Shown here piece after piece: positions 35,101-45,800 of a stretch of DNA of 64,000 nucleotides. Position numbers and translations under genes: made by a program. Below the pieces are notes generated by a model. That model had not been told where the DNA came from. It did no database searches and saw only the letters and a list, made by a program, of their open reading frames with translations. Numbering within the stretch: position 1 is the first letter of the stretch; each line of letters opens with the position of its first letter. The stretch is from Amoebophrya sp. A120 (Eukaryota > Protista > Dinoflagellata). The stretch is taken from the NCBI GenBank assembly GCA_905178155.1, contig CAJINV010000003.1, forward strand, positions 3,541,620-3,605,619, written 5' to 3'.

Positions 35101-36217
35101 GCCGACGCTTCTGGCCGTCGTTGGCAAGAAGCTCGTCGAGCAACTTTTGATTTGCTGCATGCGAAGCTGCTGCAGCGTCGTCACCTCCGGGATCAACGAA
35201 GACTTCAGCTTCATCATCGCTTTGCTTTTTCTGCGCACGACGATCCGCGTCCTCCTCGTCGGACAACTCTTGTGCTTTTGCTTTGTCGATGGTCGGCTCT
35301 CCTGGCGGGGGCTGTTCAACTACAGGCTCCGATCGCTGCTCGCTCAACTCTTTATCAGCTTCATGTTCTTGGACTTTCGCTTTTTTAGCGGATGAACTGC
35401 TTGTGCTGGTGAGAAGACCGCCCTTGGGCTTGTTGATCATAACTGGGCCGGCTACGTCTGTCTTTTCGTCTCGGATTCTCATACTGCTGTGATCCGACGT
35501 CGTAGAGGACTGCGATTCGTCCGGCGCTCGTTGTTCCTGGAGGTGCTTCGAGTTCTTCCACTCATCTGCTGTATTGTTACGGGACGCTTGATGCTTCCTC
35601 GATATGTCGCGAAGTGACAATAGACTAGTACTTGTCGCGCCGCTCTGCTCCTGCGCTTTCTCTTTAGGCTTCTGTACTTTTCTCGCTCTCTTCCTCTGAG
35701 TGCCGGCAGCTTCTGCTGTAGCGGTCTGTTTTGATGTCTCGTCGCAGATAGGCTTTTCTGCCGAATTTGTGTCCGCCACAGCTGCTGTCCTCGCCCCATT
35801 GCTTGTTCGGCCAGCAGGCATGACACCCGTTGCTTCACGAGCTGTGCCGGTTCCAGAAGGAATGGAATCGTGCTGTTTGCTACTGCTATCTTCGCCTCGT
35901 GGCTCCACGATATTATCCTCGACTTCGTTGAGCCGCTGTATCTTTGCCTTTCGCCGTGGAGATGTATCTTTCGAAGAAACGGTGTCGACGTACCGGTCAT
36001 TTACAGGCGCCGCTGTTGATGACGCCGCCCTAGGAACTTGCAGTTGAATCCTTGCCGGGCGGAGCGGCACAAAGTTGCTCTGCACTCGCCGCGGCGACCG
36101 GGATCGAGTAGTACCCGCATGGGTACATTGTGGAAAAGGTCGGCTTGTTTTACGTTGATCCGGCATCGTGGCTCCCGCTGATGCGCCTTCACTTTTCTTG
36201 CTGAGTTTGAACTTCAT
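32147..36217 (-). CDS. Superfamily-2 helicase/ATPase resembling NCLDV D6/D11 (VETF small subunit/NPH-I) family, 1356 aa, intronless
   Basis: HQKIV (Q motif), LLVDHATGSGKT (I), LILMDEAHNL (II), LMTATP (III), EGVEF...FHILD (V), QIVGRPVRVGSH (VI). Confidence 0.8.
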   Translation of the reverse strand: MKFKLSKKSEGASAGATMPDQRKTSRPFPQCTHAGTTRSRSPRRVQSNFVPLRPARIQLQVPRAASSTAAPVNDRYVDTVSSKDTSPRRKAKIQRLNEVEDNIVEPRGEDSSSKQHDSIPSGTGTAREATGVMPAGRTSNGARTAAVADTNSAEKPICDETSKQTATAEAAGTQRKRARKVQKPKEKAQEQSGATSTSLLSLRDISRKHQASRNNTADEWKNSKHLQEQRAPDESQSSTTSDHSSMRIRDEKTDVAGPVMINKPKGGLLTSTSSSSAKKAKVQEHEADKELSEQRSEPVVEQPPPGEPTIDKAKAQELSDEEDADRRAQKKQSDDEAEVFVDPGGDDAAAASHAANQKLLDELLANDGQKRRLACAIAKAGSVREFMRSLEKAELVEEEPEDGFLDSEDEVWSEDEGTSSEEEDDGTFEEEVPLPLPEGPRPGDSGFTRFLRQKLHDDRIITGTDPLFPKREVETEAVLAGAATRQDHDEKQNSIVGSSGSSVVDSGAAGADNRSGPTTAKAEQESPLLKAEDQDIEQSGSTTGEKRGSSCSGVAPLLTHQKIVRYVFERGYCPRLLVDHATGSGKTRTQIELLTVDYLRARTKIVILPKKAHVDNLFKELLRWPNPWRDFFAVFCADLLKKLKFFAAGGGERSTIRSANGERDHGEKQALPEDGNKKSTAVLCDQQAAERVENEATPGATANKESGAAAASTGATASNADAQQAADGAEGGAKIDKTSSVVPFADSDWSIFLNSGSMKSSKKRQTLYTAFRDCVGLKGLICGGRLRKGWAKKFFRQHHVRPPAAPLRIFNYTTAGGSAMGFSREGKATGQIDACLKFKLVSKEDVYAGKLILMDEAHNLVRPAEERYRPALNRLRDAVANTCGYERPVAPQRARKTADVGGCVVGESNCQSSSSESAEANLGKDDARSREEAGKSAGTKTDAEEVVTQADTTRDHQASPSGCIAVQTRSPATWVYLMTATPIQPGVSARSLLDLVKGLAPATASGTVRNDAGFLSAFHAKSMDLYPRVLVAGPGGHHLQHRNTLSNGLQMSTILSVPLIGKSLSHYILKHSVEIPRQDPKREVRLAKWTVCAIAPHYVSAKLNQGGSTTIEKSKSYCPKIYRAAAMIRNRNQKALVLVSRKTGFLAAQILFQKVFGAEKVATFRDVAQFNDDAANARGENKLVLLATKEECQEGVEFRCVREFHILDVPSDPAEYTQIVGRPVRVGSHAALPPSERTVTLYVHAATLPRWLREDEEDELHVGKSKPTPLQETRRWRAVALCKTKNWKDENLVKGLQKWAAQGEAPEGVKDLAQSDALAPVDTVDYTTLSRLRTTLGTRSNTLEKLRTMALEYGLF

Positions 36218-37078
36218 TTCTCTCTGTGCAAGTTAGCGTATCTGAGTTAGTCTGAAACTCCACGCAGCTACAGGTACGGCAGATCCATTAGCGTGAAAGG
36301 CGCAGACGCAGCACCAAAACCATAAAGAAAAGAACGAGAAAATCAAAAAAAAAGTTGCTTCTGATGCCATTTCACCAGCATCCGTTTTGCTTTTTTTCGC
36401 TCCATCCGAAGCTAAATTTGAAAACAAACAACACTCCCTACGATTTCAGGCCCTTTTGGATTCATTTTGCGAGTGCGATGTCGACGTTGGAAAATAACAG
36501 ACGTGGGCCAAATTTGTCCTATTTGCGAAAACGAAGCCTCGCCACGATTCCGAAATCGAATGAGAAAATGGAACTAACATGATCTTGATCGCTCCATTGA
36601 AGAATAAAAGTCCCAGCAAACTTACTTACACACCTGGCTGTTGCAGCAAGGACACATTTTTTAGCGACGGCCAACTCAAGAACCAACTCATGTTGTAGCT
36701 CCACCATTCATGGAGGAGATGCAGAAGGACTGGCACTGTACGTAATCCATCAGAATTGGTACAGACACCCTTGCCCGTGAGTGCAAGACGCGAATGGGTT
36801 CATTGTTGCTGGTTCGTGAGGTCTTTTAACCTCGCCCACTTGGTGCTTGCTTCTGGCTGCGGATTTCCAGAAACCGTCCTTAACTATTTAATCCAAAACT
36901 CGAAGGTGATTCTGATTGCTTGTAACAAGAGTGTAAAAAAAACAATGACTTGATGTGATTGAAATGAGTAATGTGAAAATGCGACGACGCATTCTGCAGT
37001 TGTAACAATGAGTATATTAAATTGACATAAATGGGTTTTGAAAAATTTGCGCGGAGGCAGCGCAGAGCTTCGGCGGCG

Positions 37079-40000
37079 TTACGCGCCTCGAAAGGCGGAC
37101 CAAAAGCGCTTCCAATCCTTGTCCACGATTTCGACAACGCTGGTATCGTAGAAGTCGTAGTTGTGTGCCCGGGCAGTGCCGCCTTCCGCGAGGAGCTTCT
37201 GCAGGCTGGACATTATACGGCTACTGCAGCGATTCTTCTCGTGCCTGTCTGCCAGCGGCGACACTCCGACCAGAAGGTGCCTGTGAGAAACGAGATGCTG
37301 ATCGCAATCTTTGCCAACGACCCGAAGAATGCTTCCACGACCACAGTATACATGAAAAAGAGAAAAAATATATTTTTCATCTTGTCGACAAACGCAGATC
37401 GGAACAAAGAACTTTAAGTACTTTTCTCGAGTTTGGTCGTGCGCGACGAGGACGTGCGGAAGGACCTTGTGCTCCTTTTTCAGCGCGTATTTGAGCGTGA
37501 CCTCCATGATCCAGAGCGCCAGCCTGCGAACGATCATGGGGCGCCGAAACAAATCGTTCGTCCCCACTTCGAAAACGCAGTGCTTGAAGATGCCCTTGTG
37601 GCCGTAGATCTTCTTCGCCTCAATGAGCTCCTTCGCCTTAGAGACAATCTCTTTCTGAATGGTCAGCGCCGAGTTCAAGCCCTCACGAAACAGCTCCACG
37701 TCTGCGTACCCAAGACAAGCGATGCACTTTGTGAAATTCTTCCGCTGTGAAAGAGAAGGATTTTATTTATGATCCTAAGTAGAACGGCGGAGCATGATAC
37801 AGATGCGCCAAGTACTACTACCTAGTGTAGTCACACTAATCAGGGATTGCAAAAAAACTTGGCCGATCCTGCTCGATGCGGTGCAGTCATGTGTGCGTAC
37901 TGCCAAAAACTTGTAAGCAAAGCACCTGATTTGTCCTCTGCACTTCGAGCAGCGCGCGGTCGCGCATTTCCGGCTGATTCAGCTCCTCGTTCTCGAGTAC
38001 GCCCCTGAATCCGTCCGACAGTCCAAACTCGAGGTGAGCGGTTATCACGTGCACGATCTCTTCTGCGGTCCAGGTGTCCAGGTTCAGGCTCTGATACTGG
38101 TTGTCTTCGCTCGCCGTGGCCAGCCGATGAACCTTCCGCGTCCATTGCTTCCCTCTGTAGTCGAGTTTTTTTGCAACGTTGAAAAATTACCGTGCTGTCA
38201 CTCGCAGCTTACAGTGAGCGCCCAAGAGAGCAATCCAGCAGCACATGCACAAAGAAGATGTACGCAGTTCGAGATAGAGCGGATGACATCGTGGTTTCAA
38301 CATCTTGTTTGGCGATGATGACAGACTTCATCGGGTTGGAGGAAGTAGGCCGATACCGAAAAATCACGAGAAAAGTAAGGTTGAAAGCGGAAAACAAAAA
38401 AGCCAAAAACTGTGCAGCAACTAAGTACATGATTCCCTCGATATTGAATCTGCGTGCGGTTTCTTTGATGAAAGGCACAACCTTCGTTTTTATGCGCTGG
38501 GACAAGGAGGGGTACGGCTCGGTGGTTTCTTCATACTTCAGCCCAGCCTCGGAAAACATGTGCTCCAAGATGCCGGTGCCGCCCTCCTTGTGCAGGCGAA
38601 TTTTTCCGTAGGGGAAGGAGGAATGCCCGAAGGATTCCTTCAAATTCCAGTGCCGGTACATGAACGCGCAGAGGTCGTGGTCGTAGCGCATGTTCCTTTG
38701 CGTGCGCGTGATCTCCCCGTCCTTGACGCTGTCGAGCAGTCTACTTCTACCCGGAGGTGCCGTCGAGGACGAGGACCCACCGGCCTGGAGCTGCTTGGGC
38801 AGGGCCTCCCGCACGAGGTCCGGGATGCAGCCCTCGTCCTGCAGGAACTTGTGCATGTCCTCCATGTGCTCCTCCGCCACCTCGCGGTGGGACAGCGTCC
38901 ACTCCCGGTACATACTGGTGCCCACCGCCGCGTGCCACAGCAGCTCCTTGTCCGCCAATTTTAGCGTTTTCGCGATTTGGAAGGCCGTGCACGCGCACGG
39001 AGCGGCGTACCAGGAGTAGAGGTAGTAGTCCTTCGGCAGTTCCTATGAAAGAAAAAAACTGTGTATTTGTGTTGCAGAACATGCAAAAGGGTTACACCTG
39101 TCATGCCAAATAGCCACGAAGTCCTCTTTTCACGTGTGTTTTCCCTTACAAGTCACGCATGACAGGTTTTCTCTGTCATGTAGAGCAAATTTGTGATGCT
39201 GTTTCTCAAAGAAAGTTACACTATACACACTTTTTTTCCTGGATAGTTCCAACCCCTCGGGCCCGATCCGCCGCCTCTTCAGCGGTCGCCCCCCGCCGTC
39301 GTACTCTTCGTCGAGGAACGGATCCTCTTCCTCCTCGTCGAACATCAGCTCTGTCTCCGACTGTGCAGCCTTCTTGGCAATCAGCCCCAGATCCAAATCC
39401 GGATTCTCAGCGTTGCACGGATCGTGCTCAATAATGTACACCCGGTCGCTCGCTGTACTCACGCTCTCCCACTTCACTGGCCGGTGTGCGTCAAGACCTG
39501 ACGGTTGTTGTAGTGTGGTTTCTTGCAGCCGATCGTGTTTTCGTGAAAATGTTCAACGCAATTATATACCAATATTGAAAATTCACGGTTGTTAGAAAAA
39601 CCTCGACGTAACAAGTACAGAGTAGCTTCGTTTGCTCAGGAAGTGTTTCTTTCGACGCAAGAAATTCTGGGAGGTTTCGAGTCGACCCGAGGCCGATAAA
39701 AAGCAGAAGCCCCGGGACATCGCTGTCATCTGCATCCCACCTCGCAATGTGCTCCTCCACGGCCTCCCAATCGGTGGCAGGCACGTGTGCGAGTGAGATA
39801 TGCCTTAGCTCGCATATGTGCTCGAGTATCTTCAACCTGTCATTGCATTGGGAGTGTAGTTCTTGAAGGGAAAATAACGGAAACTTTACATGACGGCACG
39901 GAAAAACTCGAAAGAAAACGTTGTGCATGGAAAATGGAATTGCAAGTGGTAGGCGTAGCACAGCACTTACTGCAACATTAGCTACGAGGCAGTATCAAAA

Positions 40001-40416
40001 AAAGACAGTACGCGCAGAGCGCGTCGGGCTCGCAGGCGCAGAAGACATGGACTCCGCCCGCAAACTTGCTTTGGCCGTCGAGGAGGGTAGTTAAGGTCTG
40101 ACATGCGGCTTCGCTCTTTGCCTGGTTATCAAATGTAAAAATGTCTGGGTCTGGAAGATTCTGAGATTTGTCATGCAGTTTTTCCAAGCTCCGCCAAGTC
40201 TCGAATGCAGGGCCTAGCATCACAGGTTCTGCTGCCCCTTGGTGATGCCTATTCTGCATGAGAAATGCCCCCTCGGCATGGCTAGAAATGGGGACCTTTT
40301 GCAAGTCATGCAACACAGATTTTTGTATGATCCGCAACACGCATCACAAGTTCGCATCCTTCCAGACCCAGACATTTTTACATTTGATACTGGTCGTTAA
40401 ACGACAAGACCGGCAT
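37079..40416 (-). CDS. CDC45: DNA replication initiation factor CDC45, multi-exon, first intron non-canonical
   Basis: Spliced peptide MPVLSFNDQAK...VHVFCACEPDALCA|LKIL, LLFIGLGS, LLC-LDAHRP, acidic insert, ELLWHAAVG, FMYRHWNLKESF, NFTKCIACL...LFREGLNSA, YDFYDTSVVEI follows the CDC45 motif order. Confidence 0.88.
40127..40389. mobile_element. Introner/MITE-like element 3 (263 bp), perfect 31-bp TIRs, TSD CTGGT, inserted at codons 8-9 of CDC45
   Basis: TATCAAATGTAAAAATGTCTGGGTCTGGAAG (40127-40157) and its exact reverse complement (40359-40389). CTGGT at 40122-40126 and 40390-40394. Confidence 0.95.
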
Positions 40417-41277
40417 CCTTCACCATTTTCGATATTCCCTCATCGCTGTCGCGAGTCACATTTTGGGCTGCCACCTGAAGCGAACATGTTGGACGCCCCA
40501 GATAGAATGCTGTCGTTTCAATGCAAAGCTCGATCGAATACGAATTGAATGAAAAAATACTACTGTCTTTGCCTACCGTATAAATGTTTTTCAGTGTTCC
40601 TTCTGCTAGCCGGAGCTGTGATTGCTCACGACTCACAGCTCTGGTGCAATGGTTCGATTGCAAGAAACTGTAGGCGGCATTTTCGAATGGAAACCCTAAA
40701 CCTCCAGTGTATTTTTAGGCAAACCCGAAGTAAGATTACCGCTGTATTTTGCTTACTAGGTAAACTGCTGTCTGCTGAAATTTTGAAACCCGCTTTGAAG
40801 AATGATTTGCAGCCTGCGCTCGTTTTTGTAACACATCCGTATAACATCAACTTCGCGCACTCGACAACAACATCAATATGTTTTTGTCTTTTTGCACATC
40901 AGTGACGACAACTGTCGGACTATCAGCACCATCAACAAGTCCAAACCAAGTCTTTTTTTCCAGTCTCTGAAACGACGACATCCGCATTCATACACTTTGC
41001 ATTCGTTCAGGAAGCACTTTGACAGAGAACAAGACCCTTGACGTGACTGCCGCGGGCAGGGACGATGCCCAAGGTGAATAAACTGCATAGTGATTGCTAG
41101 GCACTTTATTTGCTTTTTAGTTGCAAGCCTGTAGTCGAAAGGACACAGTTGCAAAAAATCAAATAATTTTTACATCGATGTCTGTCTTCTGACGTTTTTC
41201 ACGTCGAACACTCATATAAAACCACGATTTAGAAGATTTTCATTTACACAGATACAGATTCAAGGTTATTGCTTTGA

Positions 41278-42444
41278 TCATGCTTCATGACAAGATAAAT
41301 CTGTTGACGGGTTCTTCTGCTTCTCTGCAAGAAGCAGGTCTGCGTCTCCTGCCGATGTGGCTGCATCGACAGGATTCATTTGACAAGCGTTAACTACTTC
41401 TTCTTCTTCTCCGCTGCCAACAACGGGCCGTGGAAAGCGCTCGGTTTCCATGCGCTCGATCGCCATCTCCAATCGATCGATCTCTTCTGCCCTCTGTTCC
41501 TCCATTCGCTGAACTTCCCGTCGTACGAAGTCAAAGTCGTCGCTCTTGCCAAACGGATTGTCTTCTTCGACGCCACTATTTTTTTCCTTTGAAGGAACAG
41601 CCGAGTTGTTGCTCGTTTCGGCTTTCTCCGGAGTTATTTCTGCATGCCCTTCCTGCAAAAAGAGCCCACCCTCTGTTTCCCTCCTTGTCACATCCTCATT
41701 TTCATCGTGTTCGTTTCCAATTCCAATTCCCTCCTCCCGGAGCGCAGATGGGAGGTCTACGTTTTTGTAGTACGTCAACTTGCGACACAAAACTTGCACA
41801 TCGAGAAGTTCCTCCCGCATGCGCTCTGTTGTTTCCTGGAAAGCCACATTTTCGGTGACGGTGTCCTCTGCGAACTGCAACGCCTCCTGCGTTTCCTGCT
41901 CGGCGGCGGTGCGTTTGTCTTCGCTTTGCCGCAGCTCGGTTTGCAGCTTGTCGCCACGATCCTTTTCCTCAGCGAGCCGAATATAGGAATCCAACAGGGC
42001 TTGTTCGAGCTCGAACTTCCGCTCAAGCAAATCCCGGAGCTCCTCATCCTGACGCGCAATCTGAGATAAGCGTATATTTGCTGGATAAAATCTTAGACCT
42101 ATGCAGAGGGCTCAACTGAAGACTATCTGCAGATACATCAACACGCGCGGCAAAACAGCCGAATGATGAAGATGATCATGATGATGGCCGAAGGAAAGGA
42201 TTCAAAAGATAACCTGCGTGCTTACCGTCTCCTGCTGTTCCGTAATGCGCGACTGATGAAGGTCGCCTTCGCGCTGAAGCTCTTTCTTTGTCGACGCCAG
42301 CTGCTTCGTGAGAAAAGCTACCTGACTCTGTAGGCTGTCAGTTGCGTGCTTGCATTCCCGTTTCACTTGCGCCAATTGCTTCACAATTTTCTCCGCCTGT
42401 TCGGCCGATAAAAGCGTGGGGGGAGCAGAGGTTATTTCTACCAT
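41278..42444 (-). CDS. Coiled-coil hypothetical protein, 2 exons (~42444-42227, ~42060-41278)
   Basis: E/Q/K/L-rich heptad-like sequence in both ORFs. GTAAGC donor after QQET and TCTCAG acceptor before IARQDEEL. Confidence 0.65.
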
Positions 42445-42841
42445 TATGGAGTTACAGTTTCAAACAGATCATTTGTTGCCACGAGATCCGAAAGTCCTAA
42501 CAAGTGCTGATTTTTACCCAAGAACACCAGACGAGACAAAATCAAAGCTAGGTATGACCTCTCTCCTTCGGACAAGACATACAAGAGAAGATATCAAAGC
42601 CAAGGCCAACTGCGAACACGTCCAAAAATAGGAACTTCACCATCTTCATAGACATTCATTGCGCACGAGCAAAATTTTGCTTTTCGTCCACAAGACAACC
42701 ACAACGCCGTTCACACAATTGCTTCAGACGAGGTCCACGTACTTACTCAGTTAGGTTCTGCTTGTGTGACACACCCAGTCAAGCAGCTCAACGAATGATG
42801 TACATTCGATCCCCCGTAGGTTTTCTTTCTATTCCACGGTC

Positions 42842-45800
42842 TCAGTCGTGGCAGCGCAGGAAACCACTCCTTGCCAAGACTTCTTGTGCGGATTTCCTTC
42901 TTCCTGGATCGAAGTCCACCAGGGCGGCAACCATAACGGCACCCTGGGTGACAAGCCATCCCTGTAGGAACGAGCCAAACGCAATTTTTAGTTCCGCGTG
43001 TTCCGGCGAGACAGCACCCACACCGGCCCCAGTCTTGTTGAATATCTCGATAGCCTCCTGCTTCGCGTATTTTTCGAATTTGGCGTGCACGTACATGGGG
43101 TTGCCCATGGGAAAAACTTTGATCGGCTTTTTCAAGCACAGAAACCCCCCGAGAGCTGAGTTTTGATCTTCCGAGAGAAAATCGCTCTGCGCATTGAAGT
43201 GCTCCTCGATGGCCTGCGTCGAGGTGAGCTGTGGGTTTGTCACCTGCAACATTTGAAGGCGGGCCGTTTCCGTTCGGTGGGATATGATGAGATGCGCTGG
43301 GATTTTCCCCAGTCTCTCCTGCATAAGCTTCAACTGCGCATTTTCCGTGGGCTGCTGCTGCTGCTGCGCCGTTTGCGCGCCGTAGACAGCTGCACAGCCC
43401 GGTGCCGCGGGGGCACCCCTTGCAGCGGCGAACAAGACACCCGCCTCGAGGGGCAGTGCGAGGGATCGTTTGCGCGTGCGCAGTTCCGCGACGGTGGACG
43501 ACCAGACGCTCAAATTGCTTTCCAACTGCAGCTGGTGCCGGAAAAAAAAAGCGGTGAACACCTCGAACAACACACAGCCTGCGGCCCAGCAGTCGGCTTT
43601 CGTGGAAGCATGGTTCGGGAGCGACAGCATGGTTTCCGGCGCGCGGTACCACAGAGGCGCCAGCCACGTGCGGTCTTCCTCCCCGATAACCAGCTTTGCA
43701 GCGGCAGTGGACTCCGGCATGGACACACTCGGAACTCCGCTCTTTTCCGAAACGGCAACCGTGTTACCGAAGTCGCAAATCTTCAGCTTGGACGGCGCTA
43801 AGTAGGTCCATCGCGGTTTGGCCGACGAACTGCAGCTTCGGTCATCAACTTCCGCCTTGGACAAGCCCGGTCGGTCGAGCGTGAGGTTGCTGACGAGGAA
43901 ATTGTCGGTTTTCACATCCCCATGTACGAACCCGAGGTGGTGAATGTAGTCCAGAGCACTCAGCAGCTGGCGAGACCACCCCTGCACCGTCAGGCACGCC
44001 AGCTGCGCGCACATCGTGCTGGTGGCCAAGTGGTCCTCGTAACTCAGCACGTGATTGGCGTTTGCTGGCCGTGGTCCCCGCCCCCGCGTGATGCCCTGCA
44101 CCGCGCGTGCGAGCCGCAAAAACAGAGCGGATTGCTTCGTCTCGTTGTGGTTGGTTGCATTCCGGAGATAGTGCTGCGCGTCGATCATGTTGTCCACACT
44201 CGCCTCCAGGTAGGCCTGCAGCGAACGCAGTGTACTTTCATCCTTCGCCATGGCACCGGGAGCGAGCACGGCATCAAAAACCCTGGGGAGTGCTTCCCGC
44301 AGACCCGACCACATGTGCTCAAACACCAGGCACAGGTGCTGCTCGTAATGGAAAAAGCGTAACAGCTTCACGATATACCTCCGGCCCGCATGTGCCTGCT
44401 TTTTTCTCGCAGACGAAGCTCCGTCGGATTCGGAACCAGACGAAGTTTCTTTGCGCGGATGGTCGTAGAGCAGGTACTTGAGCACGCGCAACTCTTTGCG
44501 ACCGGAACTGGTCATCAAGTCGAGCTGCCGCATGCACTTGATTGCAACTTCGCCGTCGCCGTCGTCGCTCAAAGTGTCATCTTCGCCGTCAAAGCTATGT
44601 TCCTGTGTCAGATTGTCTACTTGTGTTGAAGAGCAGCTCAGTGTAGTACAGGAGCTACCTGCCCCAGCATTCGAGGCTGCTCGTGACGCAGCTAAGCGTT
44701 CCTTTCTGAGTGTCTTAAGGGCGACAAACGCTTCAATTCGCGCGGCTTCCGAGGTGGAACCGCCCCGGTCTGCCGCACGGAGAATCCGTTTGGCTGGCTC
44801 CGCACGCAGGAGCCACTGCCGCTCGGACAGGTCAGTGCACTTCCACACGCTGGCGAATATTCCGTTCCCGACCAGCTTTCCAACACGGTAGCGCTTGTCC
44901 TTGAAACAGTAACCGGGGACCAGAGTCAAATACCCACCGGCTTGTCGCTGGTTGGGCAAGAGCGCAGCCTGCAATGGCATTTCGATGCGCGGTGGGCTTG
45001 GGGCCCGCTGTGTGACGACACTACTTATCGTGGCAGTTGTACCGGACGATATTGGTATTGAAGTGGTTTTTACCGGAGGTGCTTGTTGGACGCCCGGCAC
45101 GACCGCTGGCTGCACGACCGGAGCAGATGACTTTGCTGCAGCGTTGGTGAGATTCTTCGGCGGATTTGCTTTGGAGAAACCGGCCACAACCGCGCTTGTT
45201 GCTTGCGGCCTGGCTTTTGCTAGTGATGGAGCGCCGCTCGTCCCCGGTACATCTTCACTACTCGGGGAGGCTGCTTTTGTTGCAACGCTCGCAAACAACT
45301 TTGCAACGTGCTGGTGGTTTCTGGTGGCAGTAGCTCCGAACCCCGTGGTGCTTTTGGGAGCCACAGGCGCAGCGCCGGCCGCTGTGGTTGCTGCTGTGGC
45401 CGGCACGGGCGGTCGTGGAACCCCCGTACCAGCAGGAGCAGCTGCAGTCGCGACGGGGATGAAAGGGCGGGCAGGAGGAGCAGGCGGCTTCACCGCGTTT
45501 CCGATGTTATACATCCCGCCCACGGGAACGCGCACGCCGCGTTGGAACTGCGTCGGAAACAATCCCGTCGTGTTCACCAGAACTGGCTGCTTCAGGTGTA
45601 TGGAGATCGGTTTGAACGAGCCAGTCACTGACGGCGCTGGAACTGCGGCCTGGCCAGCCGGGGGGCAAGCAGCTGTCGATGCCGCCGATAGCGGATTGCT
45701 TGGAGCTCCCGCCTTGGTCGATACGACAAATGGAGCAATCGTGACAGACTTCGCCGGTGCAAAATTCGTGGTGGCTGAAGACGCCGGCGGAACCGGCGCA

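Noticed and set aside
39978-40340. ORFs running through the elements (also 51870-52214 and 57855-58292 N-termini) as possible transposase fragments
   Set aside because: They are chance read-through into host exons. The elements are under 400 bp with no DDE-like coding signal.
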